From a bacterium (GTDB lineage: Bacteria; Patescibacteriota; Minisyncoccia; Phycocordibacterales; CAIZLB01), in assembly GCA_037142735.1 (NCBI GenBank), contig JBAXAB010000004.1:1-52039 (forward strand): a stretch of DNA of 52,039 bases. Reading direction: 5' to 3'. Below, piece by piece: positions 8,553 through 18,419 of this stretch. The notes beneath the pieces are model-generated. The model saw nothing but the letters and a program-made list of their open reading frames with translations, searched no databases and was not told the origin of the DNA. Made by a program: the position numbers and the translations under genes. The first letter of the stretch is position 1. Each line of letters begins with the position of its first letter.

Positions 8553-9449
8553 TTATTGGTGCTCACCGACAATTCGGCCATGAAGAGTCCTCAGTTCTTC
8601 AAGGGCGACTTCACCTTGCTTAGACTTATCAGGTGCACCACTCATATTTGAAATTCCTGGCGGCGCACCATGCCACTCGTAACGGCCTTCCATGTAGGAC
8701 ACTCCACGTCCTGGTACGGTATGAGCAATAATAACCGAAGGTCTATCAAAAATAGACTTAGCAGTTTCGATGGCTCCCACAATCGCCCGAACATCATGTC
8801 CGTCAATTTCTTGAACATGCCAATTGAAAGCTTTCCATTTATCATACAAAGGTGATAGTGGCATCACATCGTCCGTAAAACCATCTATTTGGATATTGTT
8901 TCTATCAACAATTGCAATAAGGTTACCAAGCTTTTCCTTGGCTGCCAACATAATCGCTTCCCAATTTTGTCCTTCATTTAATTCACCATCTCCTAAGAAA
9001 CAATATATAAATCTTTTGGTCACTCGCCCAAAATCCATTTTGTCAGCAATAGACATGCCAACAGCTTGAGATAAACCTGCACCGAGTGGGCCAGAACTTG
9101 TTTCGAGCATGGGTAAAAATTCTCGATGAGGATGACCTTGTAACCGTGACCCGAACTTACGTAAAGTTTTTAATTCTGAAACCGGAAAATAGCCACTGTG
9201 AGCCATGGTCGCATACAACACTGGACAAATGTGACCATTCGACAGAACAACCCTATCGCGCTCCGGCCAAGTTGGTTCATCAGACTTGTGACGAAGTTTA
9301 TGAAAATATAATGTGGCAAAAATATCCGACATATCCAAAGGACCAGCCGAGTGGCCAGACTTTGCCTCTAAGAGCATTTCAATAATTGATTGCCGAATGC
9401 GATTCGCTTTTTCTTCTATAAAAACAACTTGATTATCAGTGATCGACAT
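8553..9449 (-). CDS. Transketolase, N-terminal (TPP-binding) subunit
   Basis: SGHSAG, RDRVVLSNGH, LQGHP, GDGELNEG...NN TPP motif. Confidence 0.95.
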   Translation of the reverse strand: MSITDNQVVFIEEKANRIRQSIIEMLLEAKSGHSAGPLDMSDIFATLYFHKLRHKSDEPTWPERDRVVLSNGHICPVLYATMAHSGYFPVSELKTLRKFGSRLQGHPHREFLPMLETSSGPLGAGLSQAVGMSIADKMDFGRVTKRFIYCFLGDGELNEGQNWEAIMLAAKEKLGNLIAIVDRNNIQIDGFTDDVMPLSPLYDKWKAFNWHVQEIDGHDVRAIVGAIETAKSIFDRPSVIIAHTVPGRGVSYMEGRYEWHGAPPGISNMSGAPDKSKQGEVALEELRTLHGRIVGEHQ

Positions 9450-9475
9450 ACCCACACATTATATCCTATCTTTAT

Positions 9476-10282
9476 CTATCGAAACAATGCTTTTAGTGTA
9501 TCAATCTCGACACTTGGTATATCGTGTTTAAAAATAGTTGAACCAATCACCAATCGATCGGTGCCCGCTTCAAATAATTTTAATGCATTTTTTTCATTAA
9601 TGCCGCCGTCTACGCTGATTTCTTTTTTATTCGGCAATGTCGCAATGTATTCTCTTAACTCTGCAATTCTCTCATATGCACGCTCGTCAAATTTGGCGCC
9701 TTGAAAACCAATATGAGGAATAGACATAACTTGGACGAAATTAAACTTCTCAACAAGAGGTTTGATAACTTCAAGCGGAGTATCCAACGTGACAGAAATT
9801 CCAACTTGATAAAAATCATCTTCGTTCTCCGGATCAAATCCATGATCTGTCTTTAACCTCTCAAGCATAGCCGCAAAACGAGCGAGACCCCTCTCATCGA
9901 AATTTGCATTGACCAAAGACGATGTATCATCACCCTTACTTGCCTTCCCAAAATGGGGAAAAAAACTTTCGATCTGGACCGTGATGCGATATGCTCCGGC
10001 CACAATCCATTCAAAAATATCTTTTTCAGGATGGGCCGTCATGAGATGAACTTCATAATCAACATCTTCCCATTGTGGAAAACCCATCTCACCAGTAATG
10101 ATCTGACTAAAAATTTTATCGTCTAACCACGGCCATGAAGTGTTTCCGACAAAAATACCATCACACACATCGATGTGTACATATCTAACATGCCCTGCTA
10201 CTTGGGCCACTTTATCTTCCAATTCATAAAAATCAACTGGGATGATAGCCGGCACGATTTCTGGTGTGAGTGTATCAGACAT
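9476..10282 (-). CDS. rpe: Ribulose-phosphate 3-epimerase (with internal insertion)
   Basis: HIDVCDGIFV, EVHLM, VMS..GFQG, SVDGGIN, VIGSTIF. Confidence 0.88.
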   Translation of the reverse strand: MSDTLTPEIVPAIIPVDFYELEDKVAQVAGHVRYVHIDVCDGIFVGNTSWPWLDDKIFSQIITGEMGFPQWEDVDYEVHLMTAHPEKDIFEWIVAGAYRITVQIESFFPHFGKASKGDDTSSLVNANFDERGLARFAAMLERLKTDHGFDPENEDDFYQVGISVTLDTPLEVIKPLVEKFNFVQVMSIPHIGFQGAKFDERAYERIAELREYIATLPNKKEISVDGGINEKNALKLFEAGTDRLVIGSTIFKHDIPSVEIDTLKALFR

Positions 10283-10294
10283 ATTTTAAATTTA

Positions 10295-10759
10295 TTACCA
10301 GCTTAAAGTATCAATTTCTTTGATTCTGCGCACGTGTCTTTCATCGTTAGAGAATGGAGTATTCAACCACACGTCAACCGCTTTAATCATTTCATCGTGA
10401 GTGACAAATCGCGCGCCGATTGAAAGAACATTTGAATCGTTATGTTGTCGAGAAAGTTTAATAATCTCCATCGTCTTTCCATTATCTGTTTCTCCATAAT
10501 AAACTGCCGCTCGTACACCAGGAAAACGATTCGCGGTGACTGCTTCACCTTGGCCCGAACCACCAAATATTACAGCCTTACTGTGTGGATCAGCGGACAC
10601 GGAACGTGTTGCCATCACAATATATGGAACATAGTCGTCACCTGGAACCAATTTATCAGCTCCACAATCGTGCACCTCATGACCAGCATTTGCCAAATAT
10701 TTCTTTAAAATCTCTTTGTGTTCGAATCCTGCATGATCAGTGGCTAAAAATATTTTCAT
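10295..10759 (-). CDS. rpiB: Ribose-5-phosphate isomerase B (RpiB/LacA/LacB)
   Basis: ATDHAG, DDY, GGSGQGE..ANR, SRQHNDSNVL, RHVRR. Confidence 0.93.
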   Translation of the reverse strand: MKIFLATDHAGFEHKEILKKYLANAGHEVHDCGADKLVPGDDYVPYIVMATRSVSADPHSKAVIFGGSGQGEAVTANRFPGVRAAVYYGETDNGKTMEIIKLSRQHNDSNVLSIGARFVTHDEMIKAVDVWLNTPFSNDERHVRRIKEIDTLSW

Positions 10760-10833
10760 ATGTTTTCTATGGTTTATTTTTTTAAAGGAGATACATCATA
10801 CACCAAATTTCCTTTGTTCAAGTGTGGATAAAT

Positions 10834-11853
10834 TTACTTAATAGATTTACCTGCAGTCACCACGTGTCGAACGAGGGTGTGAGTGTAGCCCATTTCGTTG
10901 TCATACCACGCCAACACTTTGACGAGGTTACCATCAGCTACGCGTGTAAATGACAAGTCTCCGATTGAAGCATGTGTATTTCCGACAATGTCACTTGAAA
11001 CAAGAGGCTCTTCTGTGACAGTGAAAATTCCTGCCCACTTTGGGTCTTGCGCGGCTTTTTTCAAAATATCATTAATCTCTTGTGCTGTTGTTGGGCGCTT
11101 TGAAATAAAAGTTATGTCTACAATCGATCCAACAGGCACAGGAACTCGGATTGAAATACCGTCAAATTTTCCAGCGAGTTGCGGAAGAACTTTTGTCACC
11201 GCAACTGCAGCACCAGTTGATGACGGCACAATGTTTTGCGCAGCGGCACGACCCTCTCGGAAATCTTTTTTAGATGGACCGTCAACAATTGTCTGGCTCG
11301 CTGTGTATGCGTGCACAGTATTTAACAATGCTTTTTCGATTCCAACAGTTTCATCCAAAATCGCCATCAATGGACTTCCTGCATTTGTTGTACATGATGC
11401 GTTAGATGACACAACTGCGCCGGCAAGTGCATCCTCGTTCAACACCATCAAAACCGTCGCCTCAGTCGCATCCTTTGGATCTTCTTTTACTGGACCTGTG
11501 ATTACCACCTTCTTGGCACCAGCTGTAATATGAGCGCGAGCTTTTTCAAAGCTTGCGAATAGTCCAGTTGACTCAACCACGATATCAATTTTCATTGAAG
11601 CCCATGGTAAAGTCGCAGGATCCTTAACAGATGTGTAAGCAACAGTTTTTCCATTGATCACTAAATTTGAACCATCAATTTTTACTTCCAATCCGCTGTC
11701 TTTGTATACAGTGTCGTGCTTTAACAAATATGCAATGTTATTAATATCTCCAATGTCGTTAATTGCAACAATTTCAATTCCCGGATTTGTAATTGCTAAT
11801 TTCAAAAATGCTCGTCCAATTCGTCCTGCTCCGTTAATGGCTACTCGTATCAT
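10834..11853 (-). CDS. gap: Type I glyceraldehyde-3-phosphate dehydrogenase
   Basis: INGAGRIGR, SNASCTTN, RVP, WYDNEMGY. Confidence 0.97.
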   Translation of the reverse strand: MIRVAINGAGRIGRAFLKLAITNPGIEIVAINDIGDINNIAYLLKHDTVYKDSGLEVKIDGSNLVINGKTVAYTSVKDPATLPWASMKIDIVVESTGLFASFEKARAHITAGAKKVVITGPVKEDPKDATEATVLMVLNEDALAGAVVSSNASCTTNAGSPLMAILDETVGIEKALLNTVHAYTASQTIVDGPSKKDFREGRAAAQNIVPSSTGAAVAVTKVLPQLAGKFDGISIRVPVPVGSIVDITFISKRPTTAQEINDILKKAAQDPKWAGIFTVTEEPLVSSDIVGNTHASIGDLSFTRVADGNLVKVLAWYDNEMGYTHTLVRHVVTAGKSIK

Positions 11854-11923
11854 GGTTTGTGTGTAAAATTAATACTTAATAAGAATAAGCCAATTTTACC
11901 TCAAAAACCTTTTAATTGCACAC

Positions 11924-13363
11924 TTACTCACTTAGGAGCTTTTTCACGGCTTCTTGGGCAATCTGTGGGTTTACAGCGCCTTTGGTTAGTTTCATAATCT
12001 GACCAATAAAAAATTGAAGGGCAACTTGTTTTCCAGCTTTAAAATCTGCAACCACATTAGGATTTGCTGACATTAATTCACGAATCATTTTATCCAAAGC
12101 TTCTGGATCATTCTTCTGAATCATGCCATTCTTTTCAGCAATTACTTTAGGGGAGCCTTCTGAACCATCCCAAATCATTGCGAGAATGTCTTTGGCGGAA
12201 CGAGATGACAGTTCTCCTGCTTTAATCATCGTGATAAGTTCAGAGAAGTTTTTTGTACTAATCACAATACCTTTATCAGTAAACTTCTTAACAAACCCGG
12301 CGATATCACTAGTCGTATAGTTAATTGCAAGCTTTATCAAATCAGCATCATTACCTAAAACACCAACAGCCTCTTCAAAGAATTTTCTAAAGTCTTCATC
12401 TTGGACAAACATTTCTGCATCTTCATCTTTCATGCCAAAAACAGATTTGTATCGAGCACGTTTTTCCCAAGGTAATTCGGGCAATTGTTTTTTAATAACA
12501 TCCGCTGCAAATTCCGGAATCTCTGAGATAAAAAGTTTCGGTAAATCCGGATCTGGGAAATATCTATAGTCATGCGAATCTTCTTTGATACGCTGTGAAA
12601 AAGTCTTGCCCGTGCTTTCATCAAAACCTCGAGTTTCCTGAACAACCTTTTCTCCTCTTTCAATTAAATCAATATGTCGTTCGATTTCATAGGCAATAGA
12701 TCGTTCTACAGATTTAAATGAATTTAGATTTTTAACCTCTACTTTTGTACCGAACTTATCCGTATCAGATACAGAAATATTGGCTTCTACTCGCATCTCC
12801 CCTTTTTCCATATTCGCTTCGCCTGCACCTACGTACCTTAATAACAATTGCAACTCTTTAGCAAATCTTGAGGCTGTTTCAGCATCATGAATGACAGGCT
12901 CAGTGACTAATTCCATCAAAGGTAAACTTGATCGATTAAAATCAACCAAGCTGAAATCCCCCTTATCATGACTTGATTTGGCAGTGTCTTCTTCTAGATG
13001 AATTCGGGTTAATTCAACACCAGCAAGCTTTCCACCAGTAATCAACGGGTGCGCATACTGACTAATCTGGTATGCCTTTGGGATATCAGGGTAGAAATAA
13101 TTTTTTCTATCCCATTCTGTAAAATCTGCAATCTTTGCACCAACTGCATGACCAATTTTGATCACATGCTCAACCGCTTTTTTATTAATCACAGGCAAAG
13201 TCCCTGGGTGACCCATACAAATTGGGCATACGTTTACATTTGGTTTTTCCTCGTCTGGATCGTTCTTGCAAGCACAAAACATCTTCGAAGCAGTCTTTAA
13301 TTCAGCGTGTATTTCCAAGCCAATAGTTGTGGTATAGGTTTTTCCGGATGGAGCGGTAGTCAT
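11924..13363 (-). CDS. gatB: Asp-tRNA(Asn)/Glu-tRNA(Gln) amidotransferase subunit B
   Basis: IGLEIHAEL, PGTLP, RKNYFYPD, HLEED, EVKNLNSF, DYRYFPDPD. Confidence 0.97.
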   Translation of the reverse strand: MTTAPSGKTYTTTIGLEIHAELKTASKMFCACKNDPDEEKPNVNVCPICMGHPGTLPVINKKAVEHVIKIGHAVGAKIADFTEWDRKNYFYPDIPKAYQISQYAHPLITGGKLAGVELTRIHLEEDTAKSSHDKGDFSLVDFNRSSLPLMELVTEPVIHDAETASRFAKELQLLLRYVGAGEANMEKGEMRVEANISVSDTDKFGTKVEVKNLNSFKSVERSIAYEIERHIDLIERGEKVVQETRGFDESTGKTFSQRIKEDSHDYRYFPDPDLPKLFISEIPEFAADVIKKQLPELPWEKRARYKSVFGMKDEDAEMFVQDEDFRKFFEEAVGVLGNDADLIKLAINYTTSDIAGFVKKFTDKGIVISTKNFSELITMIKAGELSSRSAKDILAMIWDGSEGSPKVIAEKNGMIQKNDPEALDKMIRELMSANPNVVADFKAGKQVALQFFIGQIMKLTKGAVNPQIAQEAVKKLLSE

Positions 13364-13379
13364 ACTTAATAAATATAGA

Positions 13380-14360
13380 TTATTTTAACAATTTAACAAG
13401 TGAATCACTAAATTTTTTGGTCAAATCAACATCGTACACTGAAATAACAAAAATCTTTTTACTTCTCCATTCTTCGTGGTCGGTCAAAGATTGATCAATC
13501 TTTTTCTGAGTTTCTTCAGGACCCAAAATATCATTTTTGGTTACCACAATGATTTCTTCTTTATCTAAAAGCTCCTTATCGAAATCTGCCAATTCGTCTC
13601 GGATCACTTTGTATGTAGCGAAAAGATCTTCGTTTTCACTTGAGATACAGTGAATGAGCATCTGAGTTCTGCGAATATGACGAAGGAATTTGTGTCCTAG
13701 ACCCTTTCCAGTTGAAGCTCCTTCGATAAGACCAGGAATGTCCGCAAGAATGTGACCGTACAGATCACCAAGATTTGGTTCCAGTGTAGTGAACTGATAC
13801 GCGCCAATTTTTGCACCTGCATTTGTAATCGCATTCAATAGAGACGTTTTCCCAGCATTTGGTAAACCAATAAGTCCAGCTGAGGCAATAATTTCTACTT
13901 CGATTGAAAAAGTTCCTTCGCCTCCTTCACGACCCTTAGTCGATTCTTCTGGTTTGGTATTGGTCGAAGCTTTAAAGTGTTCGTTTCCATAACCACCCTT
14001 TCCGCCTCGTAATAGCTGAGCTGTCTGACCCTCTTCGTCTAATTTATAGACTTCACCAGTGTCATTATTTGTAATGATGCTACCTATTGGGAAATCAATG
14101 AATAAGTCTTCACCTTGTCTACCCTTCTTGCTGCGATTTTCTCCAGGCTGCCCATTTTCAGCAAGCATCTCTTTAATATGAGTGTATTTTCCAAGTAAAA
14201 AAGTGTTGCGTACTGCTCGCGCGACAACATCTCCACCATTTCCTCCGTCTCCTCCTGCGGGACCTGAGTATTCTTTAAATTTTTCACTGAGCCAGCGGAC
14301 CACTCCGTCCCCTCCTCGTCCGGCCTTTAATCTTAATGTGAGTTCGTCTACGAAATGCAT
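13380..14360 (-). CDS. obg: GTPase Obg/CgtA (no C-terminal extension)
   Basis: Gly-rich Obg fold, GLPNAGKT, YQFTTLEPNLG, DIPGLIEGA, TKND. Confidence 0.96.
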   Translation of the reverse strand: MHFVDELTLRLKAGRGGDGVVRWLSEKFKEYSGPAGGDGGNGGDVVARAVRNTFLLGKYTHIKEMLAENGQPGENRSKKGRQGEDLFIDFPIGSIITNNDTGEVYKLDEEGQTAQLLRGGKGGYGNEHFKASTNTKPEESTKGREGGEGTFSIEVEIIASAGLIGLPNAGKTSLLNAITNAGAKIGAYQFTTLEPNLGDLYGHILADIPGLIEGASTGKGLGHKFLRHIRRTQMLIHCISSENEDLFATYKVIRDELADFDKELLDKEEIIVVTKNDILGPEETQKKIDQSLTDHEEWRSKKIFVISVYDVDLTKKFSDSLVKLLK

Positions 14361-14417
14361 AATGTAGAGACTATAGCACAAATACTCAATTCTGCGGAAT
14401 CTTTGATTAAAGCGTGA

Positions 14418-15395
14418 CTACTCTTTTACTGGTAAAAACCCAGCTTCCTTAAACATTCCATTCACAAAGGCGATAGCACCCTCTTTGCTTTTGGCTACTG
14501 CAAGAAAAAGTCCTTTATGACAAAATACAGCATCTGACACACCCGAGACTTTAGCTAAATCTTCGTTACTTAATCCCGCCCACGTTTTTGGAAAATAAAT
14601 TCTTGATGCAAATTGACCCGAAGTTACACGAATGGCTTTAGCGGACCAATTCCCTCGCGCATCTGGGTACACCATGACCAACGGCTCTTTCATTTTTGAA
14701 AAACCGTAGCCTAAATATTGAGAAAGTATAATTACACGCCTATCTTTGGATTCCTTAAAACATTTCTCCGCAATTTTTTCTACTTGAATATAACCTTTTG
14801 CTTCATTAATAGACTGAAGAATTATGTGCTTAGCAAATGGGATCAAATTAAAAAATCCTCGGTCAAATTCTCCAGCTTCTTCGTTCACAGTCACTGATTT
14901 TGAAGGGTCCCTTCTTGAACATTCATTCTCCACAACATCACGAATTGTAAACGGGCGAACATCTTCGATGGTCTGACGATAAAGGTCCACCCCATTATCT
15001 TCAGCATCAATTGGAACCACCAGTTTTTCCTCTACTCTTTCCGCGACTTTTTGCGACCCGCACAGTTCTTTTCCATACTTTTTCCAGAATAATCCAAAGG
15101 CTGCATACTTCATACCATTTGCATGCGTAACTGAAACTTCCTGATGATGGTCAAATCTATCTTTTTTAGGATTGTAAACTCTGCCAATATCGAGAAGTAT
15201 GTCAGCCTCTGCCCACACTTTTGGATTTAGTGATCTTTTAATTTTAATCTGGCTCTTTGTGCACCCCTTTTTTTCCAAAAGTAAAACAGCACACGCTGTC
15301 CCAAATACATCATCCACGTGAAAATTGGCAGAATGAGTCACGATCAACTTTCCCGTCTTTTTCTTGGCAGACTTAGGCAACTTTTTCTTTGACAT
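14418..15395 (-). CDS. MYG1-family metal-dependent hydrolase/exonuclease
   Basis: VTHSANFHVDD, DIGRVYNP..RFDHHQ, IDAEDNG, FPKTWAGL, AVFCH. Confidence 0.88.
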   Translation of the reverse strand: MSKKKLPKSAKKKTGKLIVTHSANFHVDDVFGTACAVLLLEKKGCTKSQIKIKRSLNPKVWAEADILLDIGRVYNPKKDRFDHHQEVSVTHANGMKYAAFGLFWKKYGKELCGSQKVAERVEEKLVVPIDAEDNGVDLYRQTIEDVRPFTIRDVVENECSRRDPSKSVTVNEEAGEFDRGFFNLIPFAKHIILQSINEAKGYIQVEKIAEKCFKESKDRRVIILSQYLGYGFSKMKEPLVMVYPDARGNWSAKAIRVTSGQFASRIYFPKTWAGLSNEDLAKVSGVSDAVFCHKGLFLAVAKSKEGAIAFVNGMFKEAGFLPVKE

Positions 15396-16404
15396 ATTCT
15401 TGATAGACACGGATAAGGGTAAATAGGAAAGCAAGGATAGCAGGACCTAGTATCAAGCCTCCAGGACCCAGGGTGATAATTCCCCCTAAAATTGAAAACA
15501 AAATAAGGAGAGGGTGGATATTTGAACCCCGCTGGATCATGCGAGGACCCAAGAAGGTGTCATTATATGTGAACAGAATTGGGCAATAAATCATAAAACC
15601 AATCCAAGCATACGGGAAGTTTCCTCCAAAAATAAATAGATAGACTGTCGCAGGCACCCACACAATACTGGGCCCTGCTCCCGGAAATAATGCGAGCAAC
15701 GCAACAATGATTGCGCACAGAGCGACATTAGGTACACCAAAGATTAAGAATCCAATAGCAACAACCAAGGCTTGAAGGGCTGCAACAATGAGAGATCCTA
15801 GAACAATCGAATTTACTGATGTGTTGAATGAATCCATGACCCTTTCGTCGTCTTTGCGTGGAAGTGGTGACAAATCAATAACATGTTCTTTGAATTTCTC
15901 TCCATCACGTAAAAAGTAGTATAGGGCCAGTAGAGCCAAAAACAATTTAGCTACAAAAGAAACTGTGCCTGCAAAGAAACTTCCGAGATTATTAATTACA
16001 TAAAGCGCACCTTCTCCAATTTTAGCTCTCGCATCAAAAGTAAATTGTGGGAATACTCGCTGAGCGTATAATTCTACAAAATTATTAATTTTTTCAAACG
16101 AGACAACACTGTGATTGGCCAATGCGAGGTAAAAATTTTCAGTTTCAATAAAGACACTCTGAAGAATAAAGACGAGAGGCAAGATGACGGCGAAAATAAA
16201 TAAGACCAGAGTTACAGTGGCAGCCAACGTCTTGCGATCCTTAAACTTTAATAAGAAAAATCTATACACTGGACCCAAAATAATAGCCAAGATACCAGCG
16301 ATCGCCAGTACCCCTACAAATGGCCACAATACGTAGAGGGCCACGGCAGACACGACTAAAATGATGGTGGTAAAGTAGGTTAAATTGACGCCTTGTGGTT
16401 TCAT
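15373..16404 (-). CDS. AI-2E (PerM/UPF0118) family transporter
   Basis: Multi-TM; YYFLRDG, IHPLLILFSILGG...GLILGP. Confidence 0.9.
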   Translation of the reverse strand: MKPQGVNLTYFTTIILVVSAVALYVLWPFVGVLAIAGILAIILGPVYRFFLLKFKDRKTLAATVTLVLFIFAVILPLVFILQSVFIETENFYLALANHSVVSFEKINNFVELYAQRVFPQFTFDARAKIGEGALYVINNLGSFFAGTVSFVAKLFLALLALYYFLRDGEKFKEHVIDLSPLPRKDDERVMDSFNTSVNSIVLGSLIVAALQALVVAIGFLIFGVPNVALCAIIVALLALFPGAGPSIVWVPATVYLFIFGGNFPYAWIGFMIYCPILFTYNDTFLGPRMIQRGSNIHPLLILFSILGGIITLGPGGLILGPAILAFLFTLIRVYQEYVKEKVA

Positions 16405-16458
16405 ATGCCTATACTATAATACATTTCATAACATTTATTAAGTAATTTAAAAAGACAT

Positions 16459-17040
16459 ATGATCAAGAAAGGAATATTCGGTATATTGGCTTTAGCCTTA
16501 GTTCTCAGTGCCACTGTCGCATTTGCGGAAAATACAGGCAATGCAAGTAGCACACGCTCACTACAAAGACTGGAGAACAGAATCCAGACGAGAACTGAAA
16601 ATCGTGAGAATTCAAGCACTACACACTTAGATGCATCCTCAACTCACCCACTTCTCCGGGACAGAGAAAATAATGGCTCTACAACAAAAATGGTTGAGGC
16701 TAATTGCGCTAAAGCGGCGGTCACAGTCCGAAAAACTTCTCTTGTAGCTACCTATGCTACTTTTACAACCGCTCTGAACTCGGCTCTTTCAACTCGTGAA
16801 GATGCGGTAAAAGCCTCGTTTGATCAAACCACAAAGAGTGCCCGTGAAGACGCACGCAAAACTGCAAGATCAAACTACAAGAAATCTGTAAAAAGTGCCT
16901 ACGGAACATTACGATCAAGTGAAAAGTCTGCTCTGGTAACATACACAGCGAGTATCAAGGCTTGCGGTGGAAATAATGCAGAAGCAAGTTCAGAGTCTTC
17001 TGATGGATCTATCGACTCTTCGATTTCAACTAAAAAATAA
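16459..17040 (+). CDS. Secreted Ser/Thr/Ala/Lys-rich hypothetical protein
   Basis: Signal peptide ending AFA, low-complexity linker, helical domain bracketed by two Cys; own terminator. Confidence 0.8.
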   Translation: MIKKGIFGILALALVLSATVAFAENTGNASSTRSLQRLENRIQTRTENRENSSTTHLDASSTHPLLRDRENNGSTTKMVEANCAKAAVTVRKTSLVATYATFTTALNSALSTREDAVKASFDQTTKSAREDARKTARSNYKKSVKSAYGTLRSSEKSALVTYTASIKACGGNNAEASSESSDGSIDSSISTKK

Positions 17041-17053
17041 CTTCTACTTTTTA

Positions 17054-17091
17054 GCAATAAAAAAACTCCTTCAAAGGAGTTTTTTTATTGC
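17054..17091. terminator. Bidirectional terminator
   Basis: GCAATAAAAAAACTCCT/AGGAGTTTTTTTATTGC perfect inverted repeat between convergent genes. Confidence 0.88.
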
Positions 17092-17096
17092 CTTAT

Positions 17097-18284
17097 CTAA
17101 TTAAAGTTTTTCTTTAACTTCAAAATATTTCTCTCAATAAAGTGGTAGGAAACCATAGCTAAAATTACAGTAATGACGAGTGTCGCACCGAATATAACTA
17201 TCAATTGGGTAGTTGAGGAGTATATTATTTGATAACCCCCTTGATAGAACATAGTAAGAACCAAGACCAATACAATCATGTGGTAGCAATAGAGACCGTA
17301 TGATATTCGCCCAAGATATACAAACATTTTTTGAATAGGGTGACGACCTGTAATAAAACTATCCCGAAGTCCCGCTAATCGTGCAATAATAAATGCGAAT
17401 AATACCGCAAAGATTAAAGGCTCGACAGAAATTAGAAGTTTTTTGAGCCACTCTATCTGAACATCGTAAATAGATGAACGGGACAAAATCAAGATGCACA
17501 AACTCGAATAATAAAGAAAAAAAGCCTTCGCATGACTGAGATTCCTTGCCCAGGTTGTCAGACGACTTTTTTCAAAGAAAAGCCATGCCACCCCACAACC
17601 AATTGCAATATCTGACATGACTGAAAATGTTGAGTATTTAACTGTATTGTAGTCATTCGCGTATACAAAACGATAGACAGTCGACACGATGATTACTCCG
17701 GTGAGGATAAGGGGTATGTATTTTTGTTTGATATTTTTTATTATAAGTGACCACAGCAGATAAAACTGTTCTTCTACTGAAATCGACCACAAGACTGCCA
17801 ATGTGACCGAAGGGGGTGTATTTAAAAACATATTAAAGTTACCAATAAAAAATACGTACCATGGATAATTATGAAGTCCTGAGAAAATATCAAATGGCAT
17901 CGAGTTCCCTACACCAATCAATTTAACAAAATATGGGAGAACACCGACCGCGATTATAAGTGTAAAAAAATACACAGGCCAAATTCGGAGCAGTCGGCGC
18001 ATGTAAAACTTTTTGATATTTATTTCTCCTTTCTTATTTTTTTCACTCATAAGTAAATATGTAATGAGAAATCCACTGAGCACAAAAAAGAACGTTACCC
18101 CCAAATCTCCATGGGCCAAAAAAACTTCCCGAAACTCATTCCACTTTGGAGAATTATTTTGATAACCAAAAAAGAGCGACGCGTGAGAAACAAATACCAA
18201 CATGAATGCCAAAAAACGAAGAATGTCCAGTGAAGGAAAATATGCATATTTCTGGTGAGTAAGAACCTTGGGTATCTCTGACAT
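17097..18284 (-). CDS. Acyltransferase family 3 (OafA/YrhL-like O-acetyltransferase)
   Basis: LDILRFLA..H, GVTFFFVLSGFLI, FYMRRLLRIWP, WSISVEEQFY, LGRISYGLY.YH. Confidence 0.93.
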   Translation of the reverse strand: MSEIPKVLTHQKYAYFPSLDILRFLAFMLVFVSHASLFFGYQNNSPKWNEFREVFLAHGDLGVTFFFVLSGFLITYLLMSEKNKKGEINIKKFYMRRLLRIWPVYFFTLIIAVGVLPYFVKLIGVGNSMPFDIFSGLHNYPWYVFFIGNFNMFLNTPPSVTLAVLWSISVEEQFYLLWSLIIKNIKQKYIPLILTGVIIVSTVYRFVYANDYNTVKYSTFSVMSDIAIGCGVAWLFFEKSRLTTWARNLSHAKAFFLYYSSLCILILSRSSIYDVQIEWLKKLLISVEPLIFAVLFAFIIARLAGLRDSFITGRHPIQKMFVYLGRISYGLYCYHMIVLVLVLTMFYQGGYQIIYSSTTQLIVIFGATLVITVILAMVSYHFIERNILKLKKNFN

Positions 18285-18419
18285 AGTGTATATATGCATT
18301 TCACATTTTTACTGAAATACATACAAAGTGTATCGCAAGGTAGGCCAAAAAGGAATTGTAGGTAGTAATTTGTCTAAAAACTGATAGACTAAACCCTATT
18401 ATATTAAAGCTCTGAGCCG

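Noticed and set aside
7539-9449. Transketolase in two ORFs as a possible frameshifted pseudogene
   Set aside because: Two-subunit transketolases are a normal form, and both halves have intact motifs and clean termini
10898-11533. 211-aa plus-strand ORF
   Set aside because: Antisense shadow of gap; the same applies to 44631-45152 and the many 60-125 aa ORFs nested in confident genes
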